DNA from: Phoronis australis
Taxonomy: Eukaryota > Animalia > Phoronida
Direction: 5' to 3'
DNA: 64,000 nt
Assembly (NCBI GenBank): GCA_002633005.1
Contig: NMRA01000039.1
Location: 365,225-429,224, forward strand
The translations under genes were made by a program, and so were the position numbers. Shown here in pieces: positions 24,101-36,100 of the stretch (positions within the stretch are counted from its first letter, which is position 1; each line of letters opens with the position of its first letter). Below the pieces are notes generated by a model. The model searched no databases, was not told where the DNA came from, and was given only the letters and a program-made list of their open reading frames with translations.

Positions 24101-27100
24101 GCTCCAAAGCTTCTATCCACTTAACAAAAATGCCCAAAATGCTGATTTCGACAGTAAAAACGATAATTTCCGTTTAAAACTAAAACAGCAGTTCATCTAT
24201 ACTTAGGCATTATTGTCCTACCTGTTGACCGGGATCACCTTGCTTGCCTTGCAGACCTGGTTTGCCGCGTTCACCCTGGGCTCCAGGAGATCCCTGTGGG
24301 CCCTGGGCTCCGTCCTTGCCTGGCACACCCTGCGACCCTGCCTCACCTGGCGACCCTTGTAGGCCTGGGAGACCAGGTGGACCCTGGACTCCTTGTTCGC
24401 CCTGTTTGCCGTCTGTGCCTGGTGGACCCTGTAGTGTCATGATATTTCTTCCGTAAGAACATAAACAATTTACTACAACCCCGGTTGGCCAATGGCTACA
24501 CTGGATTCACTACGCCGGTCATGTCTGGTTGGTTCTCTGTGACGACATCCGGCTTACAATCCAATCAGATTTGATACGGCTGAACCGGCGGAGTCAACCC
24601 AGTGCAACCAATAAGCACGCTGTCCCTACTCCCCGTCATATACATTTCGTTAAACACGAGAACGGAATTACTACTCACTTAAAATGGGCAAGCAAGCAAC
24701 TGGCGCCCAACAACGCCTCTCCTGTGAAAAGGTATGCCATGTATACGGCAGTCTTCTTAGCTCTACTGAAAATTATGCTTCCGAAATGTGCTTCAGTATT
24801 GTTTCCTTCATTTCGTTTGAAATCGGTACTCCGGTGTTCAGACTTGCAAAGATATATTTTACGATGTCTGTTAGAAGATTCTGATGCAGGACACTCTGGA
24901 CAGGTGTCGAGTAAATGCTCATCGTCCACCATTTTATCAGGTACTCAGTCCTGAGTTGGGATCTTAACCAGTGAGTGTAGTTCATGCAAAGGTTTTGCAC
25001 CGCTGCAACGGCTGTCGCCCTCGACATGTAAAGTCGCGAAAAGAAAATGATTGCCTTACCATCGGGCCTGGTTTCCCTTGAATACCGTCAGATCCAGGTC
25101 GGCCGGGGATGCCCTGTTGGATATTGAAATTCAATCATCACATTATTTCAAAATCGACCATTCGTTGTATTCTAAAAACAAAACATTGGTACCCTACATA
25201 AGCAGCTCTATATGTTCATTGGTGCTAAGACCCTTGCAATGCTTGACAATTTGATGCTTGTTGTTTACATTCTACTTCTACTACAGACGTTCACTGAAAA
25301 CCGCCAGCATGCAAACGTTATTTACATCATCCTAACTTAGAAATAATACCGTGGTAAAAAATTCTTCACTTACCCTTAGACCGCTTAAACCTTGTGAACC
25401 GGGGTTGCCGCGATCACCCTGAAAAGCATATAATTCTGTGAGAGATTGTTCATAATAGGGGACTTTTCATATTTTCGCACTCTAGAGTAATGAGTGTACA
25501 AAAGTGACTTTTGATTGATCCTGACTCAGATTTGGTGGACAGGAATTCAATTACTACATAGTGATTCATAAGTATGAAAGCAGAGGAATACATTCCACTA
25601 TCACCCACTCCCATTGTTTGATTATTTAAAGTTTACTAACTTATTTTAGTTTTTTTACTCGGGCTGGGATCGAAATCCTCCCGCTTTATCAACGACAACA
25701 CTGGCTTTGTCGCGGATACATCTTCACATTTGCAAATGCATGGAAAAGGACGTCCTTGCACATCAAAGGGTTTGCCTTTTTTCGTGAAGCATTGAAACAT
25801 CCCACCGCACAGCGACTATTTTTTATGATAAATTTAAGCAAATATTTTAATTCTAAAACTAACAACTCACCGTTGTCTTTCTCTCCAGGTGACCCATAAG
25901 TCTGTGTATTGAATATCTTACTAATTCTTCAGAGTTATAAATAATAAGCGGGACAGGTATTTATTAAGACGACTTATTAAGGTCATTTTAGCGTTAACAA
26001 AAAATCTCATTGCTGTACACTTGTCGCACATTCCAGGTCCACGGATTCACATTCCACGAACTTATCCTCCTCGGACTTTGTCATGCGTGACACCTACCGT
26101 TGTTCCATCGGGACCAGCTTCGCCAGGGAAGCCTCGATTGCCTGGATTCCCTCGAGTCCCTAGCTCACCGTCAGGCCCGGGGTAACCACGTCCACCGGGA
26201 AGACCCTATAACAGTGCAAAATAGTGCAGCATGTGTGTGCGTGTTATATAAACGAAGCTCACCTTCCTGTCTTCAACGGCACACCTGAAACTTGAAGGGA
26301 GAAGCGGGAGTTAAACTTGCCACGTTTTATTCGGTCAGTCCATAGTCAAATTAACAAAGAAGATTCTGTAATTGGTAAATATAGGCTAGCCACGGTTGAG
26401 TTCAGTAAGGCGAGATCACGCCAGGCATCGCATGTCAGTTCCGGGATCTCACTGGCGTGGCCTCGCAATAACTAGCATTACACATAAGTTGCTCTCTGAG
26501 ACAGCAATACCGGGATTCACGCTGTTCAAGACTTTGTAGACTTAAGCTATTGGGTGGAATTCTCGCGTATAGTAACATGGCAAGCTTGATGATCATTAGT
26601 ACGGTAGGTGAAATGGCAGGGTTTCATGTGAGGGACGTTGTTAAGGCTCCACTGGGTGAAGTGGTCTCTTACTGACTAAACTGTACAAGTTTCGTTCCCA
26701 GAAAGCGTAGGCAATGTAGCCAGGTTGATTCTTGGTCGACGCAGTTTGATACAGGAAGCAGGTTGGGAGCATTAGTCACAAATGTTAACGTTGATATTTG
26801 AAGTGACTCACAGCCTGAAAAGTAGAACTAGAGGACGCACGTGCGGCTAATGAGGTTAGAATTAGTCTGTAATAAAAATAATTCAATGGGTCGGTGTCTG
26901 GGAAGCTACAATGGCAAAGGAAAGCGATGAATTGACAAGTTATGGTGGCACTTGCTAAGGTAAAAACGAAATGGAAGGTGGTCGTGCAATGGAGGGGGTT
27001 ATGGTTCTTACCATGGATTATGACTTGTGTCGCCATCTGGTGGAACGCCTCGCGCCTTACCAACATGGGGAGGGGGGAAAAGGGAGTTGTTGTATTATAC

Positions 27101-30100
27101 CTGGTTACCCCTGGGCCCCTCTGCGCCGGGTTTACCACGTTCGCCTAGGTCTCCTTTTGGTCCCTGCTCACCATCAACACCAGGATGACCCCGATTACCT
27201 TGCACCCCCTAAAACATTTAATAAATTAATAAACGGCTTTGCTGGTTCTCTTTGTACCCATTTCCGATCACAGAACAGCAGATCTGAGAACTCTTGGTCA
27301 ACGAATCATTTGCATAACTTTCTGATTCCTGCAATTCATGCAAACGAAGTATCCATTGCCTACGGCTGACTTTTGAATATGTCTAGATGCTCAGGTGTCG
27401 TGGGACACAACACCTAAATACAGTTGTGCTAACAGTGATACAAAGTTATAAGCAATAGTTAACGTCACTATAAAACATGTACCCTGGTACATATATTTTT
27501 ATGTCACGCCCTGCATCACTACCATCACGCTCAACAATAAAGCCAGGTAGATGGTTTACTTACACGAGGTCCCAAAGGTCCAGTTGCCCCAGGAGGTCCA
27601 GCAGGTCCGCGTGCACCCTGTAAGAAACCAACGTCACTGTATCACGCATACATGGCGGTGCCACCAAAAAACATATCGTACATGTCAGTGCATCTAGGAA
27701 AACATCCTTCAAGTGACATTGTTTCTTAAAATGTTTCCACGACCAGAGTTCCGATCAAACACCTTGCCTATTAGTTCCACTCGAAACCGTAGATAACTGA
27801 AGAGTCGCTGTTGGATAAATCATGCACAATATCCCCCATTGCAGATGGACAACTCTTTTTGAAAGATGTCATGATACTTCTTACTTAGCAACGATTTTGA
27901 ACTTATTTTGCACTATCAAGATTATTTTAAACAGCATTTTGTCATTTGCACTTAAGCGCAAAGCATTTTTATTTAAGCTCAAAGGGTAATGTTACTGAGT
28001 TTTAAGAAAGTGTAATTTTAAAATCCACTTACGCGTGTTCCTGGTTCACCTTGAGCACCCGTGGAGCCAGGCTCACCGGGGGCACCTTGCTCACCACGAG
28101 GACCAGTAGCGCCGGGAGAGCCTGGCAGACCTGGCGAGCCAACGTCACCTCGTGCACCCGGCGTGCCTGAAGCGCCCATTTCACCTTGAGGTCCTTGCTG
28201 ACCGGGGAAACCTGGAGAGCCGGGTTCGCCTGGGGAACCAGGGGCACCTTTCTCACCAGGGGTTCCGTCGCGACCTGGGGATCCCTGAAATGAATAGTTA
28301 GAACAATGCAAACGCTCGGTTGGTATTTCTCGTTCATCTGTTGGTATTTCTCGTTCATCTGTTGGTATTTCTCGTTCATCTAATTGCTCACCGTTTCTTA
28401 TCACAGCTAACGAATCCACAAGGAAAGCGATCGAGTAATTGATGCTAGTTTTCGTTGTACACATGGTTACTAATTAATCCATCCACATCTACTCACACTG
28501 ATACCGGGTATTCCGGGGTCTCCTTCCTGTCCAGGGTTGCCTCGTGGTCCCTGAAGTCCGGTGCCACCTTTAGGTCCCTGTGGGCCGGCGTCTCCTTTAG
28601 CTCCTGGAGACCCTGGGAAGCCTGGTGGACCAGGTGGTCCCATAGCACCCGGATCTCCAGCGTTTCCTGGCAAGCCATTTACACCACGTTGTCCCTTGAA
28701 ACAGATTGATTGCAATTATCTGGTGAGGCTGCCGAAGATTTGAATTGGTAAGATTTAAAGACCAATCGACAGGACTTTGTCGACTGGTTATAGAATTTGT
28801 TGTTTGTCGTAAAGTTGATATTTCGTTTCTTAAGGAAATCTGTGGATTTGTGAAAACTCGTTGACTATCAGTGGAGTGAAATCTGAACTGCCTGCTTGAT
28901 TGTGCGACTCCACTTGAGCAATGGCATAATTTAGAACTTTTAAGATAACTTTCTCTGTAATTTGCGCTCACTGATGACTTGTAGTGATTGTTAGCCATCT
29001 CAAATTCTTCTATGCCTGTTTCTTTATCTTTTTTTGTGGTGACTTCTGACTAGGCGCTTAAAACGACGTAATCCGTTGCAACATTTGTACTGCCAGAAGC
29101 CTTGTCGATTCCATGCATATCGGCGACAAACCTCTTGTACCTTTGCACACTACTTACGTATCTCCCGGGATATCCTGGTCTTCCAGGTGAACCCGTGTCC
29201 CCACGTTGACCCTTAAAAATCAAAGTTTTCTATTGTAACGTCCAATTCAATTGGCACACACAGACATTACTTACTGGTACACCTGGGGCTCCCACACGAC
29301 CCTGCTCACCCTGTGCGCCTTGTTGTCCCTGCAAAATAACTTTCAATTTAGCTCTGTTCGCCGACATGATCGCCAGGCTTGGTTAGCTTAGTAAGCGGAG
29401 CTATTTCGGGGTTTCTGTGCGCTGCCAACACATAGACTATGCTGTTGAGTCTTTACGGAAGAGCATTTTCCATCGAACTATTCCTTAGGGCTCATTAAGA
29501 AGTTGGCATCGTTAGGGCGGTCCTAAGCTGGTAGCCAGTGCTGTACTAGTAAAGAATGTTATGCTGCGACATTTTATTTTTTCCTTTTATTGATATCTCA
29601 GAGTCAGCCAAATATCAATCCTAGTGCCAGTAAAACAAGGTTATAGCAAAACTGTTATCTCAAAACAAAAGGAGCTTGTTCCACGCTCCTTCCTTTTTTC
29701 CGCCAATGGAAAAGGAGAATTAAGAGTGCAGAAACTTTCTTGGGGAAGTATTTGACGACACTGGCTACCAGAACCTGAAGCAGACATTAGTTAAGCGAAA
29801 AAGGCAGGATAAATACGTAACGTGAGACGGCGCTGTAACATTATGTCATGCATGATAAAAATTAAGAAATAATTTAAAGCATAGTATTAATACAGTTATA
29901 TTGCATCAGTACTATTGTGCCTTAAGAAACGCTTTTCCTTCAAGTTCACCAATTATGAACGTGTAAACAGTTCCAACAACAGTCGAGATACATCACTAAA
30001 ATAGAAACGTTTCATGAATTACAGTCCGGCATGTTTTTACGTAAAAATTTAAGTTCATTGCCGTTTAATGGTGGCTGACATTTTGTTGGTGCACTGCCAG

Positions 30101-33100
30101 AAAATCAAAAAATATTCTTTAAATTAAGTGTTTAATGCCGATGATTTTGAAAATATTGATTACGTGTTGAAAGAGCATGAATCGGTAACACGTATAAACT
30201 GGATTGGTTTTCGTTCAAATTCGTTCAAAGCATTTGTATGAAAGGAAAATAATTTGCGACGAACATGACGTAATATAAGAGATAATATAAGCATACATAC
30301 AAAACCTGTTGTGTAAATGCAAAACTGTGGCTATGTACTAGTAGAATTCAAAGAGTCCAGCACAATTTTTTGTCAAAATAAACCCAGTAACTGCAACACA
30401 ATTGATAGAAGCCAACCACGCATCGCTCTTCTTCTATGTCCCGATTTGCGTGAAATTGATTTCACGGTTGTAACATGCTTTGCTACAAAGACTTAAGAAT
30501 AGTAATAACGCGTGTCATAACAGTATCGAATGGCACTTTAAAGTCTAGGAATATACAATAAAAATAACAGACATTGACAACAAACAAGCCAGCAACAAAA
30601 TGATACAAAAAGCAAGCTTAAAACTAATAGCGACAGTATAGAGGACGTGTTACTTCTCTGGTTATTTACCTAGTTCTTAGGGTGTGTACAAGTATTGGAT
30701 TTACAGCCTGTCCCTCTAAGAGAGACTGGGATAATTTATCTTCTTCTTGACAAACTATTTATTGTTTGTCACACTTAAAAGGCCTTAACAAACAAATTAT
30801 ATGTAGGTCTTCGCATCAAAAAGTTTGAGTGCTAATTGGGTATCATTCTGTACTGATGATTAGTCGTGCTAAGAAGTCAAGACAAAACTTAGTAGTCACC
30901 GAAACTGGATCCTATGCACTACGGAATGGCATGGCATGAAAAGTATTTTAAGAGCTCTCGCGCTTGTAGGTGGTGTTTACGCGTAAATTAATTCTCGGTT
31001 CAATGCAAAAGCACCGACCATTTCTCATCAAGACTAGATGAGAGCGATTCTTCTCAAAAGAAGGCTGACCTAAAGTCACACACTCACCTGTTGTCCAGGA
31101 GGACCCGGGGGTCCCGCAGGTCCACTTTCCCCCTTATCACCCTCTTTGCCTTGTTCACCTTGGGTACCTGGTGGGCCGTTAAGACCCTGGATAGAAAAGT
31201 ATATGCTAGTAAGGTTTGTGCAAAATATCTGAAACGGATGTATTTTTAACCGCAATCCTTCTTAATAAGACGAAAACTCTCTCTATTACCACCATCATGT
31301 GAATTTGTTTACAGAGACATTGAAAATTGGGGTTGCAATGACGATACGAGTATGAATACAATTCGCAAACCAAGTAACATAATGTATTTGATCAGGACTG
31401 GGCTGCATAAAAACTTCAAAATTATCTGCTAGATAAATTTGATTGTTGCATGACGTCAGGTGCATTGTTCAACAATAACGACGTGATAATGCGACGTCAT
31501 TGTTGCTATGCAACGTATAACTTTTTATGCAACTGGGCCCGGTCACCATTTGCAGATTGCTTTCTAATCGGCACGCATGAAACAATCTTTGACGGCGTTC
31601 TTTGGTAATTTCCAAAACTGTTAACTCCGCTTACTTACTCGATGTCCCTTAGGTCCCGGAAGTCCTGGGATTCCATTTGCTCCGCGTATACCTGGAGCTC
31701 CCGGCATTCCCTGGGCTCCAATCTCACCGTCTCGTCCTTGTTCGCCCTATGGAAAGAAACAAGGCGAGGTGTCGAACTAGCCATTTCATTCTTAACTGTT
31801 TTCATAATAAAGACGTTATTAATATATTAGTTTTATGCTTTTCTCCTCGGCTCTAATATTAGACAAACCCGATGTGGTACACGCCACAGAATATCACTTG
31901 CAGACTCCCGGTAAAGCGCCAATAAGCGTTTCAGGACGTACTCGTCAAGTGCCACGGCAGTTTCGTGATTTGGATTTCACTAGGTGGCGCTAATGAGGTT
32001 CTTTTTGTATTTATAATCTAACTAAAATCAATACAATTTGATCGACAGTATGACAACGTTCGTGAGATCAGGGTTCCACGTGAGCCACTTACACATGTAG
32101 TTATTTCGAACTCATTAACACAGGTCACCTGAATCCAAATAGTGGATATGTTGTCTTTTGGTAATCCAACCATTCACTGTAACACTGGCATGTACAGCAC
32201 GCCTACGAATGGAACTGAAAAGGCGTGTTGACTTACATCCTTTCCTGGTGTTCCTGGAATACCGGGAGCTCCTCTCATACCTGGTGCTCCCGGGGGGCCT
32301 GCTTCACCTGGTTCGCCACGAACACCGGGGGCTCCCTGAGCGCCCTGAATTCCGGGGGGTCCTGATGAACCACGTGGGCCTGCTGGTCCCTGCAATACAC
32401 AAAAAGCGGAAGAGTTGGTGCACACGTGACTCTGAACACGCGCCAATCTCTTAAAAAATCCGTTGGAAGTTTCAGGTGGTAATTCCTTGTGTATGTAGAC
32501 CAAAAGAAAATCTCTAGAAGGTTGGATATCTCTAGAGACTAGCTTTTAGACTCCGCACATTAGGAATCAGTTGGTGTTGCAATCAATGTGGATCGCATGT
32601 TCTGCAATTGTATATTATACGAACATGCGTTACGTACAGAAAGGCAAGAACAAACACACCTATAATACGTCGCGATATAGCGTTATATGCTCTTGCTATC
32701 AAGTCTCATAATCAATAAAGAAATACAAAATGTATTTGGTTCTCCAGTACGTTCCCGAATCTTTACATAGTTATTCGAACAAATATGCAGGGTGTTCAGC
32801 CACTATAGACATAGGAACGCTTCGCATGTGTAATCAGTTTAATTTCTCTCGATATCAAGGTTTTACAGGTAGTCACATACAATTAGTTGGCTTCTACGGG
32901 AGCGTTCACACTTACGACTTGAGCCTGTAAGTACTGAACAGAGGCTGCTGCGCCAGAAGCCTTGTCATTCTGGAATTGTGCTAGCAGGGAGCCGACGTCG
33001 CCTGGAGGTCCTGGTGGACCCGGGGGTCCCGGTACACCGTTGACACCGTCCTTTCCTGGGTCGCCCTGAATAAATAAGGTTGTTGAGACACCACATTCAG

Positions 33101-36100
33101 ATGCACCGATTGCAATGAAAGTGTTCCCAAAGTTGCGATTTGTACATGTAGCTATGATAGCATCAGCGTTCAGTGTAGAATAAACTTATAAATAATATTA
33201 GTTTTGGCTAAATTAGAAGCAAAAAGTGGAAAACAAAACTACGCTGGAGTGCATTATGAAATGACGTTTCGGTATAAATTAAATATCACCATCAGTACAA
33301 TAGTACATAGAAAACAAAATATAGTGTCATAATTTCTTACCTACAATAAACTAACACGTTGTTTTCCAGTTGCGCTTTAAAGAGGAATGATTGTAACTTC
33401 TTCGTATTAGATAGCGTTCTATTGACACCACTTTTTACACGTTTTCGTGTACGCTGGCGCGCATTTTGCTTTCCTATTCACAGTGTCTGCGTTCCAACAG
33501 CAAGAATTGTTGACTTAGCTGACAGCTACTTTAGACAAAATAACACCGTGTAATCAAATTATTTGCCTCAACAACCACCTCAACTATATCAATGAAAGAT
33601 AACCTAAGACAGATGGGTATACATGTACTTCAATGTGCATACGCCCACCCAGCCGTAAAATATGGGGGCTCGAATTTTTGAGAATGTGGACCTTTTACTA
33701 AGATTCGCGGGGTACGTAACAGCTATGAATGAATTGTGCATTCGGCGAATTTTGGTGGTTCCTGCCTTTTTAGTGGACTTGTTGCTCGTTTTCTACTTTT
33801 TTGGTATTTTTGTTTCTCTGAGGAGGACTTTTTTGCTCACTTCGCCAAATAGGGGGCTCATTCGAGCCCCCCGAACCCCCCTTGGTGCGCTCATGGTGTG
33901 GAAGTAATGAAGAACGCGCATCTGAGGAATGACTACAAGAATATGATACCGTAAACTCTCGTTTACACGCCGGTAAAATCACGATTGGAAAATAAAAAAC
34001 GCAAATTTCGCGAAAGGAAGTCCTTGGTGTTGCACTTGAATATGAGCCGATGTCGTTTCTTCGGTATAAGGCAAGTCGCTAAGTTCTTGTCTTCTTACGC
34101 TCAACCATGACCACATCAAGAGATATGTATTGTCAAAGTTTCAGAGATATTGGTTGGCTAAAACCAGTCCATAAAAATAACGATTAAATGATAAAACAGG
34201 GCATGATATCAATTCGAACATCGAATATGGCGGGCGCGTGTAGTTGTCACTACCTTCTTATGCATAAATTCGATAAACTCCAAATAAACTTGAAGAGCTG
34301 GGGACTGTTTTATCAACTTTGCAATTTTAATATGCACAAATTAAGAAAATTTTCGACTTGAACGCCAGTGGCAAAACGGCCCCCTGATTTCTTTATCTCA
34401 AACACATTGATTAATATGATTACCTATAATATCCAGAGATGTAGCTTAAATTCCAACAAACTCCCTCGATGTAAGGACGACTCGAGTCGAGGAAACTACA
34501 GCTTAGATGCTCAAATCGCGACAATTGAAAACTCATTCGTTAAATGAATTAAGGTCGTGCGGTTTCCCTTACACCCAACCTCAGGCATTTCCCACCATTT
34601 ATACTCTAACAACGACTTATAACCAATTTAACTCAAACGTGTTGGTTCATTTGGCTTAAGTTTGTTTTACTTATTAGAATCTGCAATCGCTAATACGACT
34701 ACTAAATACTTGCAATTCGGTTATTATTGAAAACAGATTCAGTGTCAGCAGCAGCTCAAGTATCGTCTGACAACTTTCGCTTCGCGTATCAACCCTTTCT
34801 TACACCGGGTTCCGAGCATGGAAATTTTCGCGCCACGTGGATTATGCAAATAACTATACTAGCGCGAACTAGTTTTTTAAATTCCGTGTTTCTTATGGAC
34901 AATAACTTTTGCCATTCCACTACTTGTATGCACATTAGCCAATCTCGCAACTGTACTCCTTGGCTGTTGAATGTATAATTAAAATTACATATAAACAAGA
35001 GACTCGGTTACTTACCCGCAATCCCATTTTACCCATCGCACCAGTAGGGCCGGAAGGTCCGGCTGGTCCCTACAATCAATAATCGATACTCTTTCAAAGA
35101 TAAGCCAATGACACTTTTCCCAAAGACTCAGATGAATTTTCCACGACTACAATCGTACTATTCAGTGATAGTAGTTTTTAGGTTCTGGAATAAGCATGCT
35201 AACTATAGCCTAATAAATGCTGCGATAACATTATTTTTTGCAGTCAATCATAATCGACGTGTAAACGCTTATTGACAAACTGCACGTCATAACATTGTGT
35301 CTTAGCCATTTACTCAATTTCCGCATAGTAAAGAGGTTATGTCTAATTAAAGTTACAAATGAAAATATTGGTTAAGACAATGAAATAAAAAGCCGGATTT
35401 AAATTAGATATTAAACTGTGGTGATGGCGTTATGTTTATCGATATTTAAAAATCAAACCTGTAAACCTTGATACGCCACGGCAAATCCGTCTCCATTGCC
35501 CGCAACCTGGAAAGTGAATAATTCCAACAGTGTTACTTACATTGGCGATGTTCGTGATTTTCATTCGTTTTAGCACGTTTGATTAAGATATGACTCATTT
35601 ATTTCTCCTGAAGGGTTTATGAATATCCAAGTGCGAGTGCCATGGTAACTTTGTGCAAGTCGATCACTAGATTTTCTATCGCCACGTTTTCAGTTTAATT
35701 ATGCAAAAAGGACCAGGTATCTTCTTGGTAGGTACTTACAGCCGCCGCGTCTGCTGGGTCATCTGAAATACAAAAAATATTTCAACTCAGTGGTTTTTAC
35801 AAATATTTCTACACATGCTAATAAACGTCGTTATCCATCTGTACTGTTTAATCAAAAGTGAACTCCATTTGCATCTTATAAAAGGGACATGATCGGTGAA
35901 TAAAGTGATTTTCTGAGAGCGCGTAATCGAACCGAGAATCTCTGCAATCGTAGACTGACGCTCTGCTGGTAGCGCTCAATCCCACGCGATAAATGGCAAA
36001 GTATTTGAGCGCGTTAACATGTTGATGGGAAAGTCATTGGCCTTGATTTCAGCGAATACCTTTGTTGTCTGGCAGACAACGGCGAGAATTGGTGGTTTAT

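Noticed and set aside
28319-28381. 21-bp repeats as CRISPR-like or coding (DEREIPT x3)
   Set aside because: No spacers, eukaryotic context, and it lies inside an intron upstream of the exon 12 acceptor
29158-29211. RGD in exon 10b as an isoform-specific integrin switch
   Set aside because: RGD also occurs in constitutive exons 12, 19, 23 and the 18/19 junction, and is cryptic in native helices
17030-32454. Plus-strand Pro/Gly-rich ORFs (e.g. 17030-17296, 24244-24456, 28561-28743)
   Set aside because: Antisense shadows of minus-strand collagen exons; splice sites and domain order support only the minus strand
33260-33300. Hammerhead-like motif on the minus strand (CTGATGG...GAAACGTC)
   Set aside because: Core deviates from CUGANGA, stem II is mismatched and stem I does not pair; at best a dead Penelope remnant
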